Below are positions 37,514 through 47,643 of a stretch of 64,000 nucleotides of DNA, in pieces. The notes under the pieces are model-generated. The model was not told the origin of the DNA and did no database searches. It was given only the letters and a program-made list of their open reading frames with translations. Within the stretch, counting starts at the first letter, position 1, and the number at the start of each line of letters is the position of its first letter. Source of the DNA: Candidatus Babelota bacterium (GTDB taxonomy: Bacteria; Babelota; Babeliae; Babelales; Vermiphilaceae); the NCBI GenBank assembly GCA_049325595.1, contig JBMOLF010000015.1:160001-224000 (forward strand), read 5' to 3'. The translations under genes and the position numbers were made by a program.

Positions 37514-37966
37514 ATGATGAAAAAGCTTGTTTTATTCTTAGGTATTTTATTAATCATTCCACAACAAGCACGTACTGAAATACACGAAAATCGGGGCATT
37601 CCATTAACCATAGCTTCTCTTGTTGCAGCTGGCATAGGTTATGGATCGTGGAAATTATGCACTCATTGTTTAGACAAGCTTGATAGTAAAAACCTTTCAA
37701 AAAAACAGGCTTTGACCTATAAAGCACTTACGGGAATAACTTCGGCCATTGCCGCTCTTTGTTGTTGCGCAAGCCCTTTATTGCTTGCGGGTGCTATTCA
37801 AGAATTAAATGAAGAGTTTGGTTATTTTGAAACTGATAATGATAATACTGCTATACAGATGCCACCATATAAAGAACTACTCATCCAAGAACATAAAGAG
37901 CAAATGCAACGAGAAAAAATTTTAAAACTGTTGCAGAATGATAATATAAAAAAAGAAGCGCATTAG
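37514..37966 (+). CDS. Hypothetical membrane protein
   Basis: Signal peptide plus two hydrophobic segments. Confidence 0.55.
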   Translation: MMKKLVLFLGILLIIPQQARTEIHENRGIPLTIASLVAAGIGYGSWKLCTHCLDKLDSKNLSKKQALTYKALTGITSAIAALCCCASPLLLAGAIQELNEEFGYFETDNDNTAIQMPPYKELLIQEHKEQMQREKILKLLQNDNIKKEAH

Positions 37967-37986
37967 TTAATGCGCTTCTTTTTTTA
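37950..37986. terminator. Bidirectional intrinsic terminator
   Basis: AAAAAAGAAGCGCATTA / TAATGCGCTTCTTTTTT. Confidence 0.7.
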
Positions 37987-37994
37987 TAAATAAT

Positions 37995-39515
37995 TTACTT
38001 TTTCCAATTCAATGCGACATCAGTTAGCAATCGTACACCAAATCCTGTTGCACTTGCCGGTCTGAAATATGGCACATCTGGTATATCCAGGTCAACCCCT
38101 GCAATATCTAAATGTACCCATGGCACATCATCAACAAAATTCTTCAAGAAATGAGCTGCGGTGATTGCCCCTGCCATGTAACGTGGTGAGCCAATGTTGC
38201 TAATATCAGCAACGGCAGATTTTATTGCTGGCTTATAATCGTCATGCAATGGTAAACGCCATACGCGATCACCGGTACGATTTGAAGATTCTTGTACTTT
38301 AGCAACTAACTCATCATGCTGGCTCATCAAGCCGCAAAAGAAAGGCCCAAGAGCCGCAGCGCATGAACCGGTTAAGGTTGCAATATCAATAATCGCGTCA
38401 ACTTTATAATGTTTTACCACATACGACAAAGCGTCAGCTAAAATTAAACGCCCTTCAGCATCAGTATTTTTTATTTCTGCCGTTTTGCCATTGTAAAAAC
38501 GCGCAACATCACCTGGCTTAATGGCACTTCCACTTGGTAAATTTTCTGAAATCGGCGCTACGGCTATTACGTTAACTTTAGGTTTTAATTCACCTAAGGC
38601 ACGCATAGTAGCAATTACTGCAGCAGCACCAGCCATATCAGCTTTCATAGTTTCCATAGCGTTAGCTGGTTTAATGCTCAAACCACCTGAATCAAAGGTA
38701 ATTCCCTTACCAACAAAAGCGATTATTGGTGCATTTTTATCTTCAGCCTTATATTCCATGATTACTAATTGGCAGTCAAGTTCTGATCCTTTTGCAACCG
38801 CACTTAATCCACCCATGCCCATTTTGTTAATTTCTTCTTCAGAGAAAACGGTAATCGGCATATTATACTTTTTGGCAATCTCACGTGCATGATTTGCTAA
38901 ATTTTCTGGCGTTAATGACGATGGCGGCAAATCAATCCAATGACGCGCATCATTTACCGCAGTGGCAATTACCGTGCCTTTTTCTACTCCCGCTTTTACT
39001 TGTTGCATATTTAAGTCATCAAGCACAAGTGTCACCGTAACTTCTGCAGGAATTTTGCGCTTTTCATCAGTAATAAATAGATCAAAATAATAATGCGCCA
39101 TGGTAATAATGGATGAGGTTTGCTCAGCAAGATATGTTGCATCTACACCAAACCACTCTGGTTTTGGTAATTGAATAGCCAGCGATTGCCACTTATTATC
39201 TTCAGCAAGCCTTACTACTTTACCAAGTGCGCGGCGATAGAGTTCAATATCAATCTTTTTACCATTTTTTTGTGAGCCAAGCCCCATTACTATGTGCCAA
39301 ATAATTTTACCATCATGAACCACGGGAAAACGAACCATAGTAAGCGCTTTTCCGCTAAAATCATGATCAGTGCAAAGCTGTTTAAGCGCAGGGAACTGTT
39401 TTTCTAATAATTGTACACGTGAAGTTTCTAAAAAACCATCTTCAACAAATAATACTCGTGCTTGAGTATAATTTTGTTCTAACAATGGTTTTTCATTGAT
39501 ATGAATCAAAACCAT
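37995..39515 (-). CDS. pepA: Leucyl aminopeptidase (M17)
   Basis: VGKGITFDSGGLSIK, MKADMAGAA, NTDAEGRLILAD, ATLTG, WVHLDIAG. Confidence 0.97.
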   Translation of the reverse strand: MVLIHINEKPLLEQNYTQARVLFVEDGFLETSRVQLLEKQFPALKQLCTDHDFSGKALTMVRFPVVHDGKIIWHIVMGLGSQKNGKKIDIELYRRALGKVVRLAEDNKWQSLAIQLPKPEWFGVDATYLAEQTSSIITMAHYYFDLFITDEKRKIPAEVTVTLVLDDLNMQQVKAGVEKGTVIATAVNDARHWIDLPPSSLTPENLANHAREIAKKYNMPITVFSEEEINKMGMGGLSAVAKGSELDCQLVIMEYKAEDKNAPIIAFVGKGITFDSGGLSIKPANAMETMKADMAGAAAVIATMRALGELKPKVNVIAVAPISENLPSGSAIKPGDVARFYNGKTAEIKNTDAEGRLILADALSYVVKHYKVDAIIDIATLTGSCAAALGPFFCGLMSQHDELVAKVQESSNRTGDRVWRLPLHDDYKPAIKSAVADISNIGSPRYMAGAITAAHFLKNFVDDVPWVHLDIAGVDLDIPDVPYFRPASATGFGVRLLTDVALNWKK

Positions 39516-39605
39516 GCTGGTTACCCTTTAAGTAATAGAAATTTGTGTTATTACCAACTGGCTAAATAATAACAAAGGTATTAATAAATGAAATGAATTT
39601 TTAAA

Positions 39606-40220
39606 CTAATAGCCACAACCAACACCAAAATATACACCGCCACCACAACCGCCCCAATAAGGGGTATTCCAGTAATAAGGCCAGCCATAGTAACCCCAGT
39701 AGGGAGTCCAATAAGCCGCAGCTTCTTGGGCGCGCAAACGGCGCTCTTCTCGGTTGTCTTTAATTGCTTGATCAATATCAGAACCAAAGTTTTCATCAAT
39801 AAATGAGCGTAATTCAGAGTAACTAAATTCGCCCGTTAACCGTTGGTCAAGCGGTACGCCATTTTTAAATAAAATGATAGTTGGTTCTTTTGAAAGATTA
39901 TAGTCATAATACCACGAATTATCAGTCGCACTGTTTATGACAATAAAACCTATTCCTGCTTCTTTATATTCGCTGACTTGACTTACATCTCGGACGATAT
40001 TTTTAAGCTGTGACAATGCTTGGCGCACACAACGATCTTTTTTTGAGCACCGATCATCATAATAAAAAAACGTAACTGCAAGATCGCCTCTGCTTAGTTC
40101 TTTATTAAAACGATTTTGACTTTCTAAAGCAACATACCTGGTATAAGTAAAATTTTTTATTAAGCACAAGGTAATAATAAAAAACACAAAACCATAAAAA
40201 ATTCCGCGACCATAGTTCAT
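39606..40220 (-). CDS. Thioredoxin-fold protein without CxxC, with Y/W/G-rich tail
   Basis: EPTIILFKNG Trx-fold end; tail YWTPYWGYYGWPYYWNTPYWGGCGGGVYFGVGCGY. Confidence 0.6.
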   Translation of the reverse strand: MNYGRGIFYGFVFFIITLCLIKNFTYTRYVALESQNRFNKELSRGDLAVTFFYYDDRCSKKDRCVRQALSQLKNIVRDVSQVSEYKEAGIGFIVINSATDNSWYYDYNLSKEPTIILFKNGVPLDQRLTGEFSYSELRSFIDENFGSDIDQAIKDNREERRLRAQEAAAYWTPYWGYYGWPYYWNTPYWGGCGGGVYFGVGCGY

Positions 40221-41332
40221 GAAGGAACCTCTATTGCTTTTGCAACCTCAACGGCTTGCTGTGCTTCTTTTTTTACTATTGAAAGCATATCATCTTGATC
40301 TTCAATAATTTTTTTATCATAGTCAGCAGGTAATCGCCCAAAGACCAAGTTGTATGCAAATTCTCTCACATTCTTTTTGTAAGCTCCATGGTTATAGAAA
40401 ACTGAATCATAATGTTTGCGACCTTCAGTAAGCCACAACGTTTTGTACCCACCTACCGCGTTATAGACTGTTTTAACGGCATCAACCGATATTTTTTCAT
40501 CATTTTTACAATGAATGAAAAAGCATGGTACTTTTATTTTTGCGGCCGATTCTGCAGGACGTACCGGCTGTACATCTAAATCAATGTTTTTAAAATCAAC
40601 ATGGGCAACTGTACGTAGTGCAAGCTTTAGCAATGATTGCATATAAGGATGAAATACATATTTTGCCAACAAATCTTTTCCAGGCAAGCCAAATTGATAT
40701 CCCATAAATGAAAAACGAAGACCTTCAAGGCACTGGCGCAGTACATTCTCGGTTGAATCAAAAGGACAGTCAAGTATCATACCAGTAAATAAACTACCAT
40801 CTTTTGCCTGAGCTTCTATTGCCGATACAGCACCCATAGAAAATGCATAGGCAATCATTGGTTTATTTATTAATTGTGGATGTGATTTGGCAAATTTTAC
40901 GGTCGAAATAACATCAAGTGCTTCATTTTTACCTAAAGTACATTGTTGACCTTCTGCATTTTCGCCATGTCCTCTAAAATCAAATAACACGTAATTAAAT
41001 TTTTTCTTTGGGAATAAGCTGCATAAAAAAGCAATATCAAATTTATCACACATAAAGCCATGACAAAAAACTACGGTAGCAACAGCATCTTTATGATGCA
41101 TTATCACCCCATGGCGTACTATTTTTTCGGTTGTTTCTTCATTTTTTGGTGAGTAAATAAGTATTTTATCAATTTGCGAACCATTTACGGGATCATTAAC
41201 ACGTTCAACAACTTTGCCCCATTCATTTTCAAATTGAGGAGTAAGGGTATTAGCAAACACTGAACCAAAAAAATTAAATACAAAGCAAAATCCTATTACT
41301 ATCATGTTATTTTTGTTTTTGAATTGCACCAT
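40217..41332 (-). CDS. Secreted alpha/beta hydrolase
   Basis: FCHGF, FDFRGHGEN, AFSMGA nucleophile elbow, LDCPF, IHCKNDEK, GRKHYD. Confidence 0.85.
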   Translation of the reverse strand: MVQFKNKNNMIVIGFCFVFNFFGSVFANTLTPQFENEWGKVVERVNDPVNGSQIDKILIYSPKNEETTEKIVRHGVIMHHKDAVATVVFCHGFMCDKFDIAFLCSLFPKKKFNYVLFDFRGHGENAEGQQCTLGKNEALDVISTVKFAKSHPQLINKPMIAYAFSMGAVSAIEAQAKDGSLFTGMILDCPFDSTENVLRQCLEGLRFSFMGYQFGLPGKDLLAKYVFHPYMQSLLKLALRTVAHVDFKNIDLDVQPVRPAESAAKIKVPCFFIHCKNDEKISVDAVKTVYNAVGGYKTLWLTEGRKHYDSVFYNHGAYKKNVREFAYNLVFGRLPADYDKKIIEDQDDMLSIVKKEAQQAVEVAKAIEVPS

Positions 41333-41525
41333 GACACAACTCTCACCATTTAAATTTTTACTTACTTTCACTTCTTATCGTATCAAATGAAAATTTCAGT
41401 TTGCAACAAATTTTAAAAGTAAATTAACTTGTACTCAATTAAAACCATTCTATAAGTAAATAAAAGAAGCGATTGTTTTTTTTTGAAACTATTTTGATTT
41501 ACACTTGCAAAAAAAGGATGAATGT

Positions 41526-42191
41526 ATGAAAAAATTAATATTCTTATTCATTTGTATTATGAATACATCTCTTAATGCAGGAGAACCCACCACACCACGT
41601 AGAGCCATAAAACAACTTCTTCTTGCAAATATAAAAGCGGATCAATTATCAGAAGATCAATCTGATGGTGCAGTAACTGAACGCGCAGAATCTCCCCCAT
41701 TTTCACATCATTCAGATGATCAACTGCAAGATGCAATAGAATACTGCCAGGACCTTGATGTACGTCTTACCAAGTTAGAAGAAAAATTTTCAAGTCCTTT
41801 TATTAGCCTAAAAACCCCCTATTCTGCTGGAATGGTAGCTTTAGTAGCACATGCTTGGCTATGGGATGAGGCAATAAAACAATCATCATTATCAGATAAA
41901 CACAAGGAACTATTAGAAAACGTGCTACAAAAAAGCAGAGAAAATTTACAACTTAATTTTGCCCAAACGATAATTATGCAACATCGAGCTCATAATGGAT
42001 GGCATTTTATAGCATGGTGCACTGCTTTAGACCTTCTACAAAGTAAAATAACATTCGATGTAAGGCCGGTAGCAGATTATTTTGGCAATCATTATTCAGA
42101 AGAGACTATTAAAATGGGCATAAAGGGAGTCGCTGCGTGGTGTCTTGCCTCACTTGCACAAGGCATTGTTCAGACAAGACACCAACATTAA
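41526..42191 (+). CDS. Secreted hypothetical protein
   Basis: Start placed at ATG 41526; LNA|GEP. Confidence 0.6.
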   Translation: MKKLIFLFICIMNTSLNAGEPTTPRRAIKQLLLANIKADQLSEDQSDGAVTERAESPPFSHHSDDQLQDAIEYCQDLDVRLTKLEEKFSSPFISLKTPYSAGMVALVAHAWLWDEAIKQSSLSDKHKELLENVLQKSRENLQLNFAQTIIMQHRAHNGWHFIAWCTALDLLQSKITFDVRPVADYFGNHYSEETIKMGIKGVAAWCLASLAQGIVQTRHQH

Positions 42192-42192
42192 G

Positions 42193-43665
42193 TTATTTTA
42201 CCTGGCCATCAAGATATTTCATTACTAAATCAAATAATTCTTGGCGATCCATAGTCTTGTTATAGCGAGTAACTAACGTTTTATTTTTTAACACCAGAAG
42301 AGCTGGTACTTTGTATACTTTATATTTTTGCATAATTTCAGGACTTACTGCTGCATCAATTTTCACAAAAATAGCTTGGTCTTCAAACTTTTGTGCAACT
42401 GATTCAAATACAGGCAGCATATGCATACAAGAAGGACAATAATCAGCAAAAAAGTCGAGAACAACTGGTTTTTCTTCTGCTTGTTCAAGCAGCGCGTCTA
42501 ACTCTTCTATTGTTTTTACTAATTTTACGTAACTTTCTTGTTTTACTTCCGGATTAAAACGATTGGTTTCTAATTGTTTTACCAATTCATCGTTGTAACC
42601 AATTTTAATTAAGAAATTCCAGGCATCTAATGCGGCCTTTACTCCGTTGCCCGCCGCAACTATTGCTTGGCGATACACATGATCTTCGACATCACCTGCA
42701 ACAAAAACACCGGGAATGCATGAGGTTTGACTGCGATTTTTAAGCTTAATATATCCTTGGTCGTCGATTGGCAAGTAATCTTTAAATAATTTTGAATTTG
42801 GCATATGGCCGATTGCCAAAAATACGCCATTTATTGGCATTTCATAGGTTTCGTTTTTACTGTTATCAAATACCGTAATACCAGTAACATGCTTGTCACC
42901 TTTAATTTCTTTAACTTCTCGGTTAAACAGCACGGCAATATTTTCATAGCCTTTTAACTTTTCCTGCATAGATGCTGCCGCACGCATTTTATCTTTACGA
43001 ACTAAAATCGTGACATTTTTAGCGTAGCGAGCAAGCAATAAGGCTTCTTCAACTGCCGTATCACCACCACCAATTACCACCACATCTTTATCTTTGTAAA
43101 AAGCTGCATCACATACGGCGCAGGTAGTTACCCCAATTCCCCAGAACTCTTTTTCACCTTTTACGCCAAGAACAAGCGGGGTAGACCCGGTTGCGACTAT
43201 CACACTCAATGCGGAAATTTTAAAGCCCTCTTGGGTATATACTTCAAATGGCCATACATTGAAATTTACTCGTTCTACGACATCAGAAAGAATATGGGCA
43301 CCCATTTTTTCAGCATGTTTTTTAAAGTTGCCCATAAGGTCTTTACCTAAAATCGATTCATTTCCGGGCCAGTTTTCAACATACGATGTTTCAGTTAACA
43401 CCCCACCGGGTTTTTGCCCTTGAATTATCCAGGTATTAAGACCATTTCGCGCACCATAAATAGCAGCTGGCCATCCTGCAGACCCGCTCCCAATAATTAA
43501 TAAATCCACAATATTTTCTTTATTAAGTGCGTATCTTAAAGTTACATCAGGCATCACACATGTGGTACTGACATTTTTTTCACTTGTTCCTTTAAAACAT
43601 CCAGGCAGCAATAGTATGCCAGAAATTACTAACAGAATACCTTTTGCAAAAACATGTTTTTTCAT
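42193..43665 (-). CDS. trxB: Thioredoxin reductase-thioredoxin fusion with lipoprotein signal
   Basis: IIGSGSAG (FAD), CAVCD, VIGGGDTAVEEA (NADPH), VFVAGDV...RQAIVAAG; C-terminal Trx DFFADYCPSC; N-terminal LLLPG|C. Confidence 0.9.
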   Translation of the reverse strand: MKKHVFAKGILLVISGILLLPGCFKGTSEKNVSTTCVMPDVTLRYALNKENIVDLLIIGSGSAGWPAAIYGARNGLNTWIIQGQKPGGVLTETSYVENWPGNESILGKDLMGNFKKHAEKMGAHILSDVVERVNFNVWPFEVYTQEGFKISALSVIVATGSTPLVLGVKGEKEFWGIGVTTCAVCDAAFYKDKDVVVIGGGDTAVEEALLLARYAKNVTILVRKDKMRAAASMQEKLKGYENIAVLFNREVKEIKGDKHVTGITVFDNSKNETYEMPINGVFLAIGHMPNSKLFKDYLPIDDQGYIKLKNRSQTSCIPGVFVAGDVEDHVYRQAIVAAGNGVKAALDAWNFLIKIGYNDELVKQLETNRFNPEVKQESYVKLVKTIEELDALLEQAEEKPVVLDFFADYCPSCMHMLPVFESVAQKFEDQAIFVKIDAAVSPEIMQKYKVYKVPALLVLKNKTLVTRYNKTMDRQELFDLVMKYLDGQVK

Positions 43666-43761
43666 GAGGTTCCTTGTTTTTTTACATTTTTTAAATTTTC
43701 GCTCTTCTAGTTATACTAAAAAGTAGCGATTTCACACAGTAATTTTTACAAAGGACGCATT

Positions 43762-44631
43762 ATGAAACAAGTTCAAGCATTATTTTTGAGTATGATAATC
43801 ATTATGGGCGGTTACTCTCATAGTATTTTGGCAAGCAGCTTGTTCCATTCAATTAAAAAGTTTTATCATCATATCCGATCTACTCAATCAAAAACTATAC
43901 TTCAGGTAGTTACACCACCTAGCTCAATTAACTTTCAAGATATAGTTGGCTTAGAAAACGCAAAACAAATTCTTACTCATATAACTGCACTAACGCCAAT
44001 GGCTCGTGATACTCAAGACGTTTTACTCAAAAAATTAATAGTTTTAACCGGAGATTCACGCACGGGGAAGACATTTTTATCCATTGCCTTTGTTAATGAA
44101 CTCAAAAAATGCAATGCTAATTTTTTATGTCTTATGCCACGAACAATAATCGATAAAAATAATATCAACCAATTAGAAAATGATTTAGAACATTTAAACA
44201 AAGCAGTTTTAATTTTTGATGAAAGTTGTTTTTATGAAGAGTCTCATTTAAAAAAGCCTATTTTTACCGAGATTATTCGAATATTTACCAAGCATATAGA
44301 GAAAAATCCTTCCAAAGAACTTTTTTGCGTCATGCATTTATTCTCTGGTGAAGTTAAACCAATTCTCAATGAAATAGACCCAGAAATATACCAACATATT
44401 CCTTTAACAAGTCCAACAGAATCGGAACGTACAGAATACATTCGCAAATGGATCTCATCGTATAAATATCCTAACCTGTGGAATAAAATTGAAATTACCG
44501 ACTTGGTTAACCTTACCGGTGGACTCACCTATTCTTTAATTGATGGGCTTTTACAAAAATGTGCTATAACAGCTCAAACGCAGAACCAACAAATAAGTTA
44601 TGAAATGATATTAAACATTCATAAAAAGTGA
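43762..44631 (+). CDS. Divergent AAA+ ATPase domain protein with signal-like N-terminus
   Basis: INFQDIVGLENAKQ, Walker A GDSRTGKT, Walker B LIFDES. Confidence 0.7.
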   Translation: MKQVQALFLSMIIIMGGYSHSILASSLFHSIKKFYHHIRSTQSKTILQVVTPPSSINFQDIVGLENAKQILTHITALTPMARDTQDVLLKKLIVLTGDSRTGKTFLSIAFVNELKKCNANFLCLMPRTIIDKNNINQLENDLEHLNKAVLIFDESCFYEESHLKKPIFTEIIRIFTKHIEKNPSKELFCVMHLFSGEVKPILNEIDPEIYQHIPLTSPTESERTEYIRKWISSYKYPNLWNKIEITDLVNLTGGLTYSLIDGLLQKCAITAQTQNQQISYEMILNIHKK

Positions 44632-44785
44632 ATCCACTACACTTTTATTTCTATTAGAGCAAAAGATCAACCGTTAGGATTATATACAAAATAGTATACC
44701 ATTCGACAATTTCTTTAAATTTTATATAGTTATTAGTATAGCTTTAATTTCCCATGAAATTTCTAACACTCTTAAAGGAACACGC

Positions 44786-47572
44786 ATGAATCGAGCTCGC
44801 ATACTATTGTGTTTAGCTTTTCTGTGCTCTGTTGAATACAACTTCGCAGAAGATCAACTACCTATTACCACCCAAGAATCAGTTGAATCAGTAAGCCCTG
44901 CGGCTCAATTTTTTACCAATAAAATAGTTCCTCAAATTGAACATCTTGCCGCCCTTATAGCTCATTCTGAAACATTTTTTATACCCGATTCACAAAAACA
45001 AAAAAGCGATGCTCTTCTTACCTATTTAAATGAATTTGAAGCTACTATTCAAAAAGCCAATTCGACTCCTATTAATGACCAATTTAATTCATCATTATTG
45101 CAGATTAACTATGGCATTAGCCAAGAAATAGCAGTATGGCTTAAAACCAACTTTGAACAAGTAATGCCATTTGATACTAATCGCTATCTTTCAGAACCTG
45201 TTTCTTTAACCCCCGAGCAGCAAGAAATAGTATTTGAACAAATTAATAAAACACTTGCCGAAGTTACTAAAGAAATCGGCGAAAAAGTTCAAGATGTATT
45301 AGCCGAATTAGTATTAGCCGTGCGCAATCAAATTACTAATCTTGATTTTTCTTTGCAAAAAATAACTGCCATTGTTAATAACAGCACCCATAAAAATAAA
45401 AACGATTTACGTGCTAACATTACTGAATTGCGCTCAGTATTACAAGGCATTCAACACGCAATTATAACTTCTCCGGCTGATATGCGAATGCTGGTTATGG
45501 GTCACGAAATAACCCGTGCGATTATTACTCATTTGGCCAATGCAACCAGCAATAAATTTGCAGGTATTCAACAATTTGATTTAGAAAAACAACTTAAACG
45601 TAATCCTAAAGAACTACCTCAATCAATCGATGAGTTAAAAAAAGAATTAGCCAAAACGAGCAAAGAATTAGCAAAATTACAATCAAAAGCAGAAAATGCT
45701 GATCTTACCTGGGTTAACCGTCTTGCCCGTGCATTTGATAATCACATCGTTACTCCCGCACAAAAATACCATTTACCAACACGTATTGGTACTACTTTGG
45801 TGGTAACCGGTTTAGCCACATACTTGTGGTGGCATTTTGATCAACATCGCTATGCTGACGCTATTCCAGGATTTAGAAAAATATTTAAATGGAGTAGCAA
45901 ACAAACTATTATAGAAACCACTTATTGTATAAATGATAAAGGTGAGAACACTACTGTCGAAAAACCTATTCAAGATCCGAGTCGTCCATTTGGTTTCTTA
46001 AAATATACCGAAGATTATTTGGCAGGTGTATGGAATGCTCAAAAACCAATTGCTAAATTTTTAATGGTAACTACTGGTGCTGCTATATATAAAGAATGGA
46101 AAGTAAGTATAAGCCCTTGGCTTACTAAAAAAATAAGAGCTACATTCAATCGCCTTAAAGGTGGTACGTACCGTAAAATTGCTGACGGTATTGAAGAAAT
46201 TCGCCCAACCGTAACATTTGACGATGTTATTGGCCTTGATTATGCAAAAGAAATGGTGCGCCCGCATTTAAAATATATTAAAGACCCTGAGCGTTGGGAT
46301 GCAAATGAGATTGCTCCACCTACTGGTATTTTGTTAACGGGACCTTCACGTACCGGTAAAACATTCTTAGCGCGTGCTATTCAAGGCGAAATTAACAAAG
46401 AAAATCCAGAAAAAGGTGTTCGCTTCTTTGCGCTTGATGCCAGCATGCTTGAAAATGATAGCATTGAGCTGTGGCTCCATATGGCAAAAATGTGTGCCCC
46501 ATGCGTTATTTTCATCGATGAGATTGATTTACTTGGTCTACAACGTTCTAGCAATACTAAGCGCTTGAGTGAATTCTTACAAGCAATGAGTGGTGTTATG
46601 GACAAAGATCCAAAAAAACAAGTTATTATTATTGCTACTACCAATAGACCAGAAAACTTAGATTCTGCCTTATTGCAAAATGGTCGTTTTGGATTAGAAA
46701 TTCGCTTCCAAAAACCAACATTAAAAGAACGTCAGATGTATATCATGCGCGAACTTAACAAGCATGCAATCGACCCTGAGTCTTTTGGCATTGATCTTGC
46801 TAAGCTTACCTATGAAACAGAAGATGCTTCTTACGAAGATATTAAAGCAATGATTGATGATGCATTGATTGCGGCAAGTATTCGTGGCGAAATTATTAAT
46901 CAATCAATTTTTGAACGAGCACTCGATAAGAAAATTCGCAAAATTATTGATGTTGATTCAAAAAATATTTCTGATAAAGAAAAACATTTTATGGCAGCGC
47001 ACCAAGCTGGTCGTACCTTAGTACATCTTTTATTAAATCTTGAATCAAAAATATCTAAAGTTACTATTAGACCTATTACGGTTGAAGTAAAAGAAGAAAG
47101 CGTTATTGACCAATATTATAAACCAACCGGTTCTAAACAAACGGGCACTGATGTGGGCGCTGTGTTTACCTACCATGAACACGATACTAACGACTTTTTA
47201 AGTGCACAAGAGCAAGAAAAATTATTTAAATCGTATCTTGCTGGCCGTGTTGCTGAAAAAGTAATTTTGGGTACCTGCAGTAATTATAAAAATGGTTACA
47301 AACAATGGGTATTTACCCGCCTAAAAACCATGCTTACTGAAGGTATTAATATAAAAGAGCTGTCTAAAAAAGACCAAGATCGCATTAATCAACAAGCACT
47401 TGAGTTAATTGCTCAGTATGAAGCTGAAATTGAAAAGCTCTTGCGTGAAAATAAAGAAAAGCTTGCGCTACTTACTGATGTGTTGCGCGTTAAACAAACA
47501 TTAAGTATTGATGAAATTAATTACATTTTGTTTGAAAACCACGAAATACAAGAAACTCCAGCTGCAGCGTAA
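44786..47572 (+). CDS. FtsH-like AAA+ ATPase with degenerate M41 protease domain
   Basis: TFDDVIGLD, GPSRTGKT, IFIDEID, TTNRPENLDSALLQNGRF, AHQAGR (canonical HEAGH), LAGRVAE; signal peptide and TM segment. Confidence 0.85.
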   Translation: MNRARILLCLAFLCSVEYNFAEDQLPITTQESVESVSPAAQFFTNKIVPQIEHLAALIAHSETFFIPDSQKQKSDALLTYLNEFEATIQKANSTPINDQFNSSLLQINYGISQEIAVWLKTNFEQVMPFDTNRYLSEPVSLTPEQQEIVFEQINKTLAEVTKEIGEKVQDVLAELVLAVRNQITNLDFSLQKITAIVNNSTHKNKNDLRANITELRSVLQGIQHAIITSPADMRMLVMGHEITRAIITHLANATSNKFAGIQQFDLEKQLKRNPKELPQSIDELKKELAKTSKELAKLQSKAENADLTWVNRLARAFDNHIVTPAQKYHLPTRIGTTLVVTGLATYLWWHFDQHRYADAIPGFRKIFKWSSKQTIIETTYCINDKGENTTVEKPIQDPSRPFGFLKYTEDYLAGVWNAQKPIAKFLMVTTGAAIYKEWKVSISPWLTKKIRATFNRLKGGTYRKIADGIEEIRPTVTFDDVIGLDYAKEMVRPHLKYIKDPERWDANEIAPPTGILLTGPSRTGKTFLARAIQGEINKENPEKGVRFFALDASMLENDSIELWLHMAKMCAPCVIFIDEIDLLGLQRSSNTKRLSEFLQAMSGVMDKDPKKQVIIIATTNRPENLDSALLQNGRFGLEIRFQKPTLKERQMYIMRELNKHAIDPESFGIDLAKLTYETEDASYEDIKAMIDDALIAASIRGEIINQSIFERALDKKIRKIIDVDSKNISDKEKHFMAAHQAGRTLVHLLLNLESKISKVTIRPITVEVKEESVIDQYYKPTGSKQTGTDVGAVFTYHEHDTNDFLSAQEQEKLFKSYLAGRVAEKVILGTCSNYKNGYKQWVFTRLKTMLTEGINIKELSKKDQDRINQQALELIAQYEAEIEKLLRENKEKLALLTDVLRVKQTLSIDEINYILFENHEIQETPAAA

Positions 47573-47596
47573 ATATTGCTAGACAAAAAAACATTC

Positions 47597-47628
47597 AAGG
47601 GGCACTTATAAAAAGTGCCCCTTTTTTT
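47597..47628. terminator. Intrinsic terminator
   Basis: AAGGGGCACTT / AAGTGCCCCTT plus T tract. Confidence 0.75.
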
Positions 47629-47643
47629 ATTAGCTGTTTTTAC

